Below, one piece after another: positions 8,725 to 18,310 of a DNA stretch of 64,000 nt (position 1 is its first letter; each line of letters starts with the position of its first letter). Origin of the DNA: Bacteroidia bacterium. Lineage in GTDB: Bacteria; Bacteroidota; Bacteroidia; M30B66. The DNA is taken from positions 576,001-640,000 of the forward strand of contig OZ257142.1 in NCBI GenBank assembly GCA_965279035.1, given 5' to 3'. A program made the position numbers and the translations under genes. Below the pieces are notes generated by a model. The model made no database searches and had not been told where the DNA came from. It was given only the letters and a program-made list of their open reading frames with translations.

Positions 8725-10398
8725 ATGAACTGGAGCAATATTTTCCGTAAAAAGAGCATCGATAAGATTATTGGCGATTCCACGCATAGCGAACATGGTC
8801 CCGCCTTGGTTCGAAATCTCGGAATGCGCGATTTAACCTTCATGGGAATTGCTGCTATTATTGGCGCAGGTAGTTTTAGCAGTCTCGGACAAGCCTGTTT
8901 TTCGGGTGGTCCAGCTGTGGTAATTCTCTTCATCATTTGTGCAATTGCCTGCGGGTTTACCGCATTATGCTATGCTGAATTTGCCTCGCGTGTGCCCGTT
9001 TCGGGAAGTGCATATACATACGCCTATGTTTCTTTCGGGGAGGTTTTTGCCTGGATAATTGGCTGGGCTTTGCTGATGGAATATTCCATTGGAAACATCT
9101 ATGTAGCCTTTTCCTGGAGTGGATATTTCACCAATTTACTGGATGGTATTGGTCTTCACTTACCCGATTGGCTAACCATAAACTACCAAGCTGCTTCATC
9201 TGCATTTGCCGAAGGAAAACCGGGAGAAGGTTTAAACGCCTGGAATACAGCTCCTCAATTAGGAAGTTTACGTATCATCTTCGACTTACCGGCAGTCCTC
9301 ATCAACGTACTTATTACAACCTTGGTTTACATCGGAGTGAATGAAACCCGTCGTGTGAGCAATGCCATGGTAATCCTAAAGTTGCTCATTGTTGTGATGG
9401 TGATTGTTGTTGGAGCTTTTTATGTCGATATTGATAATTGGTCACCATTTATGCCCAATGGCTTTCACGGAGTGATGGGCGGGGCCGCTGCTGTTTTCTT
9501 TGCCTACATTGGGTTTGATGCCGTTTCTACGTTGGCTGAGGAAGCAAAAAATCCCCAACGCGATCTTCCTAAAGGGATGATTTATTCCTTGCTAATCTGT
9601 ACGGTCGTTTACATTCTTTTGGCTCTTGTACTTACAGGAATGGTAGGATATCAATCCTTAGGTGTGAGCGATCCATTGGCAGAAGTTTTCAAACTTAAAG
9701 CAGTAAAATGGATGCTGTACATTGTTTCTGTTGCCGCAGTAGTAGCCATGACCAGCGTACTTCTCGTATTCCAACTTGGACAACCGCGTATTTGGATGAG
9801 TATGAGCCGCGATGGTCTATTACCTAAACGTTTTGCTAAGATTCATCCGAAGTACAAAACTCCTGGTTTTTCATCTATCGTTACCGGATTGGTGGTTGGT
9901 ATCCCCATCTTCTTTACGGATGAACAGTTTGTTCTCGATTTTACTTCCATCGGAACTTTATTTGCCTTTTTGCTGGTCTGCGCCGGAGTATTGATGCTTC
10001 CTCCCAAAGACAAGAGTATTCCACACGTTCATAAAACCTTTCGTTTACCCTATATCAATGGGAAGTGGATTGTGCCTCTGATGGTCATTGGTTCTGCTAT
10101 TAGTTTGTTCAAATGGGCACCAGATTTTCTCACTCAACAATTAGCCATCACAGGCGATAATGCAGCGAACACCATTCCGATGCTTGTGTTTTTTGCCCTG
10201 TGTTTAGTGATGTCGGTGATGAGCTATATGAAAAATCTATCGCTCATTCCTGTTTTGGGAGTTCTTTCCTGTACCTATTTGCTTACCGGAATGGCTGCTT
10301 CTAACTGGATTTGGTTTGGTGCATGGCTTCTGATAGGATTAGTCGTATACCTGCTATACGGAGCTAAAAACAGCAAACTCGCTAAACTTAAATTGTAG
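8725..10398 (+). CDS. APC-family amino acid permease
   Basis: GIAAIIGAG, CYAEFASRVPVSGSAYTY, FFAYIGFD, MSRDGLLP; many TM helices. Confidence 0.93.
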   Translation: MNWSNIFRKKSIDKIIGDSTHSEHGPALVRNLGMRDLTFMGIAAIIGAGSFSSLGQACFSGGPAVVILFIICAIACGFTALCYAEFASRVPVSGSAYTYAYVSFGEVFAWIIGWALLMEYSIGNIYVAFSWSGYFTNLLDGIGLHLPDWLTINYQAASSAFAEGKPGEGLNAWNTAPQLGSLRIIFDLPAVLINVLITTLVYIGVNETRRVSNAMVILKLLIVVMVIVVGAFYVDIDNWSPFMPNGFHGVMGGAAAVFFAYIGFDAVSTLAEEAKNPQRDLPKGMIYSLLICTVVYILLALVLTGMVGYQSLGVSDPLAEVFKLKAVKWMLYIVSVAAVVAMTSVLLVFQLGQPRIWMSMSRDGLLPKRFAKIHPKYKTPGFSSIVTGLVVGIPIFFTDEQFVLDFTSIGTLFAFLLVCAGVLMLPPKDKSIPHVHKTFRLPYINGKWIVPLMVIGSAISLFKWAPDFLTQQLAITGDNAANTIPMLVFFALCLVMSVMSYMKNLSLIPVLGVLSCTYLLTGMAASNWIWFGAWLLIGLVVYLLYGAKNSKLAKLKL

Positions 10399-11749
10399 AA
10401 CTGAACAGTTGAGTAGAAGGTAAATTCCTCCAAAGTCGGGCATCAAATGCCATACAGATGTTGCGCACAAAACCTTTTCCTTTCTCAGTTACTTTTAACT
10501 GAAATGGCTCACGGATAATTAATCCATCCTGCTCCATTTCACTTAATCGCTCCAACCCTTCATACCAAGCATCGGTTTGCAAACGTGTACACGACCAATC
10601 GGTTTCGAAGCGGCACATCAAATTGGTGATATGTTCCCGAATGACCTTGTCTTCTCGGTTGAGTAAATGTCCTCTGAAATAAGCCCATTCGCCTGCTTTT
10701 ACACGAGCGAGGTAGTCTTCTACTTTCTTCTCATTTTGCACGTAAGCTGTTCCGCAATCGCTAATGGAAGATGCTCCTAGACCAATTAGGAGTTCACTTT
10801 GGGTTGTTGTATAACCCATGAAATTCCGATTAAGTCGGCCATCCGCTTCGGCAAGCATGAGGGAATCGTTTTTCAAAGCAAAATGATCCATGCCGATTTC
10901 AGTAAACCCAGCATTTTCGAGCATTTCACGTCCTTTTTCATACAGCTCCCTTTTTTGATCGGGTAGAGGAAGATCCATTTCGGTGAATTTCCGTTGACCG
11001 GGTTTTATCCAAGGAACATGCGCATAACTATAAAAGGCAATCCGATCAGGCTTTAAACGAACCACTTCATCAATGGTTGTTGTAATGCCACTTAATGTTT
11101 GAAATGGCAATCCGTAAATTAAGTCGTAATTGATTGATGTATAGCCAATTTCACGTGCTGTACGAGTAACAGTTTCGACTTCTTCTACCGTTTGAAAACG
11201 ATGAATAGCATCTTGTACTTTTTCATCAAAGTCCTGAATCCCAAAACTAACCCGACGAAATCCTAACTCAAATAAAGTTTCAAGGTGTTCACGTGTTGTG
11301 TTACCGGGATGACCTTCAAAGCTAAATTCCGCATCTGGAGTAACAACAACAGTACTTAAGATTCCATCTAACAGAAACTTCAAATTTTCGGGACTAAAGA
11401 ATGTGGGAGTTCCTCCTCCTAAGTGCAATTCTGCCAAACGTGGTGTGGTAGCAAAAAGATCGAGGTATTTACTCCATTCGTTCAGAACGGCTATTTTATA
11501 TGGCTTTTCAACTAAGTGATTGCGGGTGATACGAGTGGTACATCCACAATAAGTACAAAGACTTTCGCAATAAGGAAGGTGGATGTATAAACTAATTCCG
11601 TTTTCACCATTGTTCCTTAAATATGTTTGGAGCGCTCGGTTTTCCCATGATTCCTCCTCCGGCCGTCCCGAGTCCCAATAGGGAACCGTTGGATAGCTCG
11701 TGTATCGAGGTCCAGGGACAGCATATTTGCGAAGAAGGTCAGTTTGCAT
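10388..11749 (-). CDS. hemN: Oxygen-independent coproporphyrinogen III oxidase
   Basis: GPRYTSYP, radical-SAM CESLCTYC, GGGTP, RNFMGY. Confidence 0.96.
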   Translation of the reverse strand: MQTDLLRKYAVPGPRYTSYPTVPYWDSGRPEEESWENRALQTYLRNNGENGISLYIHLPYCESLCTYCGCTTRITRNHLVEKPYKIAVLNEWSKYLDLFATTPRLAELHLGGGTPTFFSPENLKFLLDGILSTVVVTPDAEFSFEGHPGNTTREHLETLFELGFRRVSFGIQDFDEKVQDAIHRFQTVEEVETVTRTAREIGYTSINYDLIYGLPFQTLSGITTTIDEVVRLKPDRIAFYSYAHVPWIKPGQRKFTEMDLPLPDQKRELYEKGREMLENAGFTEIGMDHFALKNDSLMLAEADGRLNRNFMGYTTTQSELLIGLGASSISDCGTAYVQNEKKVEDYLARVKAGEWAYFRGHLLNREDKVIREHITNLMCRFETDWSCTRLQTDAWYEGLERLSEMEQDGLIIREPFQLKVTEKGKGFVRNICMAFDARLWRNLPSTQLFSSTI

Positions 11750-11755
11750 GGGAAA

Positions 11756-12481
11756 TTAATGTGCTTGTTGCATTCCCGGCTTGTGACAGCAGGAATGTTC
11801 TGTATTGTCTGTATGTGAAAGTTGAGGACTGATATACGGAATACCCAATCCGAGTCCTCTTAAAATGAGCAGGCATGCCATAACACCAGCAACGATAGGT
11901 GCTAGTTTACGCATGGAGCTACGGAAAGATGCCGAAAGAGAAGAAAAGAGGGTGACACTGAACATAGCGGGCAAAGTACCCAACCCGAACACCGCCATGA
12001 ACAGTGCACCCAAAAAAATATCGCCTGAAGCAGTAGCTCCGGCCAAAGCCATATAAACTAACCCACAAGGCAGTAAACCATTGAACACACCAGTTAGAAA
12101 AAGAGCTGTATAGGAACGTTTGCTAAACAAATAGCTGAAACGCGCTTTAAGCCAGAATGCTAACTGAGGAAACACCACAGAGAAGAATCCATCTTTTTTA
12201 ACAGAAGGCAGCACAACCGTTATAAGTAGAAGAATACCTAACACAATCGAAAGTGTTTGTTGGTATCCTGCTAGAATTACTCCCATTCCAAGTGCACCGA
12301 AAATGGCACCTAAAACAGCATAGGTAAAAGCTCGACCAATGTTATACAGGATTATTCCAGCAACTCTACCCTGAGGACTAAGATGATGAACAGGTAGTGC
12401 CAGTGCAATAGGTCCGCACATTCCCACACAGTGGAAACTTCCAAGTATTCCTAAGCTAAATGCAGCAATCAGGAGTTCCAT
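11756..12481 (-). CDS. DsbD_2 / TauE-SafE family membrane protein (cbb3 assembly)
   Basis: GSFHCVGMCGPI, NGLLPCGLVY, FGLGT; typical position in cco clusters. Confidence 0.9.
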   Translation of the reverse strand: MELLIAAFSLGILGSFHCVGMCGPIALALPVHHLSPQGRVAGIILYNIGRAFTYAVLGAIFGALGMGVILAGYQQTLSIVLGILLLITVVLPSVKKDGFFSVVFPQLAFWLKARFSYLFSKRSYTALFLTGVFNGLLPCGLVYMALAGATASGDIFLGALFMAVFGLGTLPAMFSVTLFSSLSASFRSSMRKLAPIVAGVMACLLILRGLGLGIPYISPQLSHTDNTEHSCCHKPGMQQAH

Positions 12482-12487
12482 GGTGGC

Positions 12488-12943
12488 TTAGTTTAATACA
12501 ACAACACCTTCGTTGTAATACGTTTGAGCATCGGCAGACCAATCAATTCGGATCTTGTACATGCCTTTTCCAAGTGTTTCGGTTGAAATTTCCTGTTTCA
12601 TTTCAACATTTGCTTGAACAGGGAAGTTCACATCCGAATTATTGTTAGAAGGCTTGAAAAGCGTAATGGTTCCGCCAATTTTCTTTCCAGTAAAAGATGC
12701 TGGATAGTTAATCAGTAATTTCCCGGTTTCCACTTTCCAGCTAAGCGGTTCTGCTAAAGCTTTCGAACGGTTCGATTTATCGATTTGCTCTTGAAATACA
12801 AGCTCTTTAGCATAGTAATCTTTCGAAGTAAGGTCGAGCTTCTTGCCGAAACTATTTACGACCATTCCGATAATTCCAAGGGCAAACAAAGAATAAACGA
12901 TTGCTATTCCAGTGCCCCATGTCCAGATTTTTGATTTTTTCAT
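12488..12943 (-). CDS. fixH: FixH/CcoH family protein
   Basis: WGTGIAIVY TM helix, DYYAKEL..QEQID; follows ccoG. Confidence 0.88.
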   Translation of the reverse strand: MKKSKIWTWGTGIAIVYSLFALGIIGMVVNSFGKKLDLTSKDYYAKELVFQEQIDKSNRSKALAEPLSWKVETGKLLINYPASFTGKKIGGTITLFKPSNNNSDVNFPVQANVEMKQEISTETLGKGMYKIRIDWSADAQTYYNEGVVVLN

Positions 12944-12965
12944 GATGGTTGGGTTTTACATGAAA

Positions 12966-14387
12966 TTACTTAACAGGTCCGAGGAAGTTCGTTTTGGTAT
13001 TTTCCAGCGTTTCTCCGTCGACATTGAGTTTGAATTTTATCTCATTCTTTCTGCCTTCCAGATCTTTACGAGCAATTGTTACGAAGAATGTTCCTTCTGC
13101 TAATCCTGCTGATGGAATATTGAACTTTTCTTTTGATCCAACATGTTTAATTACACCAGCCGGAGATTCAAGAATTAAATCCAGTTTCATTTCATCCTTC
13201 GTCTTATTGACAATTTTGAAATTGTACAGATTGCTGATACTGTCTTTTCCAACTTCTTGGAACATCATTCCGGGTGCACGAAGTATAGTAGCTTCTACTT
13301 TGCTTCTTCCTGCAATTCCAAAACTTAAGCCGACCATTAGTCCTACCAAAATGATTGAATATCCAATCATTCTTAAAGTAAATGTTAGCTTTTTGCCTGA
13401 AGCAATACCGTTTTCAGAATCGTATCGAATTAATCCTTTTGGCTTATGGATTCCTTCCATAATACCATCGCAAGCATCCATACAAGCAGTACAATTCACG
13501 CATTCGAGCTGAGTACCATTACGAATGTCGATTCCAGTTGGACAAACCCGAACACATAAACCACAATCAATACAGTCGCCTAGTTTGGATGTGTCATCTC
13601 CTTTATGATGTTTTCCTCTAGGTTCGCCACGAACATAGTCGTATGCTACCATGATGGAGTTCCGATCCAGGAGTACACCTTGTAATCGTCCGTAAGGACA
13701 AACAACCAAGCATACTTGCTCACGGAAATACATGTACACGAAAAAGAAAGCTCCGGTGAAGAAAATCATCGCAGAAAATCCTCCGTAATGTTTACTGAGC
13801 GGCTCTTGAACGATGCTAATCAATTCATCCATCCCGATGATGTAGGAAAGGAAGAAGTTTCCAAACAAGAAAGAAAGAACAAAGAAGATGAATGTTTTGG
13901 TTCCTTTTTTTCGGATTTTTTCCAAGTTCCAAGGACCTTTATCGAGTTGACGTTGCTTGTTTGCATCGCCCTCTATCCAATATTCAATCTTCCTGAAAAC
14001 CATTTCCATGAAAATGGTCTGAGGACAAGCCCATCCACAGAATAACCTTCCAAAGATGACGGTAAATAGTACGATGAACACCATAAAAGTGAGCATCGCC
14101 AATGCAAACAGGAACAAGTCTTGAGGAAAAAAGACAAGTCCGAAAATGATGAACTTTCGTTCAACGATATTCATTAAAACCAGTGGATCACCATCAAGTT
14201 TTATGAATGGAATGGTAAAGAACAGAATCAGGTAGACAATACTTACAATTGTCCGTCTGTTGTAGAACTTCCCTTTGGGTCTTTGCGGGTAAATCCAATT
14301 CCGTTTTCCATCAGCAGTGATGGTGTTAATGGAGTCGCGGAAGGATTCATCTTGGGTTGGGTTTTCCCTTTTAGGGTCGGAATCCAT
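12966..14387 (-). CDS. ccoG: Cytochrome c oxidase accessory protein CcoG
   Basis: FCGWACPQT, CPYGRLQ, CIDCGLCVRVCPTGIDIR, CVNCTACMDAC. Confidence 0.96.
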   Translation of the reverse strand: MDSDPKRENPTQDESFRDSINTITADGKRNWIYPQRPKGKFYNRRTIVSIVYLILFFTIPFIKLDGDPLVLMNIVERKFIIFGLVFFPQDLFLFALAMLTFMVFIVLFTVIFGRLFCGWACPQTIFMEMVFRKIEYWIEGDANKQRQLDKGPWNLEKIRKKGTKTFIFFVLSFLFGNFFLSYIIGMDELISIVQEPLSKHYGGFSAMIFFTGAFFFVYMYFREQVCLVVCPYGRLQGVLLDRNSIMVAYDYVRGEPRGKHHKGDDTSKLGDCIDCGLCVRVCPTGIDIRNGTQLECVNCTACMDACDGIMEGIHKPKGLIRYDSENGIASGKKLTFTLRMIGYSIILVGLMVGLSFGIAGRSKVEATILRAPGMMFQEVGKDSISNLYNFKIVNKTKDEMKLDLILESPAGVIKHVGSKEKFNIPSAGLAEGTFFVTIARKDLEGRKNEIKFKLNVDGETLENTKTNFLGPVK

Positions 14388-14402
14388 GGTGTGGGTTGGG
14401 TT

Positions 14403-15632
14403 TTATTTGACTTCAGTGGCAGCCATCGCTTTGGTGGTGTCGGTTTTTACTGTTGATGTATCGCCTGGAGTGGCAGTTGGCTCAACCCAAACTTCTCCTT
14501 GAGGAGCTTTTGGGTTAGCAGGATTAGTTCCTTGTAGGGAAAGAATATAGCTGGCAACTTTTTGCATGGCTTCAGGTTTCAACTGAGCTTGCCAAGCAAT
14601 CATCCCTTTTGCAGGAACACCGTATTTGATGGTTTTGAATACATTTTGGATACCTCCTCCATGTATCCAGTTAGGATCTGTCAAGTTTGGACCAACTCCA
14701 CCTTCACCATTTTGACCATGACAAGCAGCACAATTGCCAGAATAGATTTCTTTAGCAGAGGCCAAAGAACCAGCATCCGTTAATAGTGTAACATTGGTTT
14801 CATCGACGTTAGCCGCAGTTTCTTTCAAGTGTTCTTTTTTCAACAACTCAGCTTCAATCATTGAAGATTGATATTCCTGTGTTTGGAGTGGAGAGCTGTG
14901 TGAAACGTGATAGTTGAAGAGATACACTATACCGAATACAATCGTAAAATAAAATCCGTATTTCCACCAAGGAGGAAGATTGTTGTCCAACTCACGAATA
15001 CCATCGTACTCATGGTCGGTCATAACAGTAGCTTCTTGTTCCAATGGAACAGCATCTGTTAATTGACGATCGAGCCATTTCCAGTTAATCCAAGGTTTAA
15101 CATTTTCCATATCTGGAGCTGGTTGGAAGCCAAATCCGATAAGAAGTTGTTTGATTGACTTAAGTAATCCTAGAATGATGATGAATTCTATTACAATCAT
15201 GACCAACATCAAAACGAAAATCCAACTATCGAGACCTGCAATTTGAATTGGAGGCATCCATTTATTGGTTGTTGGTCCTGTTGCAACTTCTGCTGCAACT
15301 TCTTGAGCTGAACTGCTAAGTGGCAATAAAAACGCAAGTGCTAAAATCGGGCTTAGACTTGAAATTTTGTCTTTGCGAAGTTTAGCTCTTCCTGATTCAG
15401 AAAGGTTGCGAATGGCTCCTGACAAGCTCAAAATCACTCCTAATAAAACTAATGTTGTTACCAGAAGGATGATGAATGTTGGATTCATCATGAGTGATGG
15501 AGATTCTACTGGAGTTGCTGCAGCTGCTTCAGGAGCAGCCTGTTGGGCAACTGCTGACAATGTTGTAAATAACATTGCCGGCAGGAGCATCCAACTTGAA
15601 TTCAAACGGGCGTTAGATTGAACTGTTTTCAT
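14403..15632 (-). CDS. ccoP: cbb3-type cytochrome c oxidase subunit III with long N-terminal extension
   Basis: DHEYDGIRELDNNLPPWW, single CAACH, GPNLTD, KGMIAW. Confidence 0.93.
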   Translation of the reverse strand: MKTVQSNARLNSSWMLLPAMLFTTLSAVAQQAAPEAAAATPVESPSLMMNPTFIILLVTTLVLLGVILSLSGAIRNLSESGRAKLRKDKISSLSPILALAFLLPLSSSAQEVAAEVATGPTTNKWMPPIQIAGLDSWIFVLMLVMIVIEFIIILGLLKSIKQLLIGFGFQPAPDMENVKPWINWKWLDRQLTDAVPLEQEATVMTDHEYDGIRELDNNLPPWWKYGFYFTIVFGIVYLFNYHVSHSSPLQTQEYQSSMIEAELLKKEHLKETAANVDETNVTLLTDAGSLASAKEIYSGNCAACHGQNGEGGVGPNLTDPNWIHGGGIQNVFKTIKYGVPAKGMIAWQAQLKPEAMQKVASYILSLQGTNPANPKAPQGEVWVEPTATPGDTSTVKTDTTKAMAATEVK

Positions 15633-15644
15633 AGCTGCTGTTTT

Positions 15645-15815
15645 TTACTGTTCGTCTTGCTCAAATGGGAGATTTTCCATGATTGCTACTTCTTGTTTGC
15701 TGGTGTTAAATACATGCCATAACAGCGCAATAAAGAACAAGAAGAAGATTGTTAGTGAGATCATCGGGAAGATGTCGACACCTGCAATCGTTGAGAGATA
15801 ATTAATGAATTTCAT
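15645..15815 (-). CDS. ccoQ: cbb3-type oxidase subunit CcoQ (56 aa, absent from the ORF track)
   Basis: Hand translation MKFINYLSTIAGVDIFPMISLTIFFLFFIALLWHVFNTSKQEVAIMENLPFEQDEQ*; one TM helix; lies between ccoNO and ccoP. Confidence 0.9.
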   Translation of the reverse strand: MKFINYLSTIAGVDIFPMISLTIFFLFFIALLWHVFNTSKQEVAIMENLPFEQDEQ

Positions 15816-15835
15816 GACGAATCAGGTTGGGTTGA

Positions 15836-17992
15836 TTAAGGCTTGGTTGTAGCAATTTGACCAAAGACAATTTTGTTCTCTCCTTTGATGTCTGTTCCAA
15901 GTCGTTGCAAGTAGGAAATCATGGCGATGATTTCTTTGTTAGGCAAGGCTTCGATACCAGACTCTTTAAGGTTATTTACAATTTTGTTTTGTTGGCGAAC
16001 CAAGTCTTGGTTAGCAATCTTATCATAGCCTTCAGGATAAGGTACACCCAAAGTCATCATAGCACGAATTTTAGGAGCAGTTGATGTAGTATCTAAATCA
16101 TCGTCAAGTAACCAAGGATACATTGGCATGATTGAACCTGGTGACATGGTACGAGGATCATCCATGTGGTTGTAGTGCCAGCTATCAGGATATTTTCCTC
16201 CTTCTCTTTGCAAATCTGGACCTGTACGTTTTGATCCCCACTGGAATGGATGGTCATAAACATATTCTCCAGCTTTTGAATATTCACCATAACGTTCTGT
16301 TTCGAAACGGAATGGACGAATCATTTGGCTGTGACAAGTGTAACATCCTTCACGAACATAAATATCACGACCTTGAAGTTCAAGTGGAGTGTAAGGTTGA
16401 ACAGAAGCAATTGTTGGAATATTACTCTTAATCAAGAATGTTGGAATCATTTCAACTAAACCACCAATCAGAATCATGATTAAGCTGAACAATAGCATTT
16501 GAAATGGCTTACGTTCAATTACACGGTGCCATCCTTCTGAAGCTTGGTGACCTGGAGTTGCGCCTTTTGGAAGTGGAGCAGCTTCGGCAGCTTCGTTTGC
16601 AATGAATTTACCAGCAAATGCTGTTTTCCATAAGTTGTAAATCATTACCAAGAAACCAACTAAGTATAACGTACCACCTAAAGAGCGAAGCGCATACATT
16701 GGAATCAATTGAGTTACTGTTTCCAAGAAGTTTGGATAACGTAGGAATCCATCAGCAGTAAACTCTCTCCACATTTCGAACTGAGTTAGACCAGCCCAAT
16801 AAAGTGGAATCGCATAGAACATGATTCCAAGTGTGCCAATCCAGAAATGGAAGTTGGCTAGTTTTTTAGAGAAAAGTTCACGGCCATAGAAGCGTGGGAA
16901 TAACCAGTATAGCATACCAAAGGTTAACATACCGTTCCATCCTAAAGCCCCCACGTGAACGTGTGCTATAATCCAATCGGTAAAGTGAGCAATCGCATTT
17001 ACGTTTTTCAACGAAAGCATTGGTCCTTCAAACGTCGACATACCATAAGCAGTGATTGCCACTACCATGAACTTCAATACCACATCTTCACGAACTTTAT
17101 CCCAAGCTCCACGAAGTGTCAATAATCCGTTAATCATACCACCCCAACTTGGAGCGATCAACATAAAGGAGAATACTACCCCTAATGATTGAGCCCAATC
17201 AGGAAGTGCTGTATATAACAAGTGGTGAGGACCAGCCCAGATATATAAGAAAATAAGTGCCCAGAAGTGGATAATCGATAGACGGTAAGAGTAAACCGGA
17301 CGACCAGCTGCTTTTGGTACGAAATAGTACATTAAACCTAAGTAAGGAGTAGTAAGGAAAAATGCCACCGCATTGTGACCATACCACCACTGAACCAAAG
17401 CATCCTGAACACCTGCGTATGCACTGTAGCTTTTCAAGAAACTTACAGGAAGTTCCATTGAGTTAACAATGTGTAATACCGCTACTGTTACGAAGGTTGC
17501 GATGTAGAACCAAATCGCTACATATAAGTGTTGCACCCGGCGTTTAACAATGGTTCCGAACATGTTAATCCCGAAAACCACCCAGATTAATGCAATTGCA
17601 ATATCGATTGGCCATTCGAGTTCGGCATATTCCTTACCAGTTGTGTAACCCAATGGTAAAGTAAGAGCAGCTGCAAGAATGATTAATTGCCATCCCCAGA
17701 AGTGAATGTTACTTAATGCATTACTAAACATTCGGGCTTTTAAAAGCCTTTGAAGTGAATAGTAAACACCTGCAAATATTCCGTTTCCTACAAAAGCGAA
17801 AATTACCGCATTCGTATGCAGCGGTCTAAGTCGGCCAAATGTAGTTAAGGGAAAACCCAGGTTAAGGTTCGGGAATACGAGCTCCAGCGCGATGTAAAGT
17901 CCTACAAGCATTCCAATTAATCCGAAGATTATGGATGCTACAGCGAAGTTTCGCGGGGTTCGGTTGTCGTACTCAAAACGTTCTAGTTCCAT
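15836..17992 (-). CDS. ccoN: cbb3-type cytochrome c oxidase, fused subunits I+II (CcoNO)
   Basis: GRLRPLHT, QWWYGHNAV, WAGPHH, HVH; C-terminal CYTCHSQMIRP and WGSKRTGPDL of CcoO. Confidence 0.97.
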   Translation of the reverse strand: MELERFEYDNRTPRNFAVASIIFGLIGMLVGLYIALELVFPNLNLGFPLTTFGRLRPLHTNAVIFAFVGNGIFAGVYYSLQRLLKARMFSNALSNIHFWGWQLIILAAALTLPLGYTTGKEYAELEWPIDIAIALIWVVFGINMFGTIVKRRVQHLYVAIWFYIATFVTVAVLHIVNSMELPVSFLKSYSAYAGVQDALVQWWYGHNAVAFFLTTPYLGLMYYFVPKAAGRPVYSYRLSIIHFWALIFLYIWAGPHHLLYTALPDWAQSLGVVFSFMLIAPSWGGMINGLLTLRGAWDKVREDVVLKFMVVAITAYGMSTFEGPMLSLKNVNAIAHFTDWIIAHVHVGALGWNGMLTFGMLYWLFPRFYGRELFSKKLANFHFWIGTLGIMFYAIPLYWAGLTQFEMWREFTADGFLRYPNFLETVTQLIPMYALRSLGGTLYLVGFLVMIYNLWKTAFAGKFIANEAAEAAPLPKGATPGHQASEGWHRVIERKPFQMLLFSLIMILIGGLVEMIPTFLIKSNIPTIASVQPYTPLELQGRDIYVREGCYTCHSQMIRPFRFETERYGEYSKAGEYVYDHPFQWGSKRTGPDLQREGGKYPDSWHYNHMDDPRTMSPGSIMPMYPWLLDDDLDTTSTAPKIRAMMTLGVPYPEGYDKIANQDLVRQQNKIVNNLKESGIEALPNKEIIAMISYLQRLGTDIKGENKIVFGQIATTKP

Positions 17993-17999
17993 GGCAACG

Positions 18000-18191
18000 T
18001 CAATGTTTAGGGATTGGTTGGGTTGAAGGTGTTTCTTTCTTAGGCTCTATGGCTTCATCATCAAATAGCATTCGCACAGATGGTGTGTAACTGTCGTCGA
18101 ACTGACCTTTTTTCACCGACCAAAGGAAGGCTGCTAAAAAGGCAAGTGCTACGCAAATGCTGATAAAAATTAGTACATAGAGTGCGCTCAT
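18000..18191 (-). CDS. ccoS: cbb3 oxidase assembly protein CcoS
   Basis: TM helix followed by FLWSVKKGQFDD...RMLFDD. Confidence 0.93.
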   Translation of the reverse strand: MSALYVLIFISICVALAFLAAFLWSVKKGQFDDSYTPSVRMLFDDEAIEPKKETPSTQPIPKH

Positions 18192-18223
18192 AAGGAGGAG
18201 CTAATTGGGATTTCTAATAGTGT

Positions 18224-18288
18224 CAAAAATAGACCTGTGTTAAAAGGTGTTAAATGATGCGAGTCAGGTGGGAATATGATTTTAGTCA
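18224..18288 (-). promoter_or_regulatory. ccoS/ccoN promoter: -7 element (TATTTTTG) plus two Crp/Fnr-type boxes
   Basis: TGA-TGCGAG-TCA at 18255-18266 and TGA-TTTTAG-TCA at 18277-18288, 22 bp apart; same geometry at 21361-21425. Confidence 0.7.
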
Positions 18289-18310
18289 GGTTTTATATGG
18301 GTATTTCTAC

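Noticed and set aside
12994-13512. 172-aa plus-strand ORF, and the many other short ORFs overlapping long genes in the track
   Set aside because: Antisense or off-frame shadows of ccoG and other genes, with atypical Ser/Ile/Phe-rich composition
18192-18200. AAGGAGGAG Shine-Dalgarno-like string
   Set aside because: It is on the strand opposite ccoS and has no suitable downstream start
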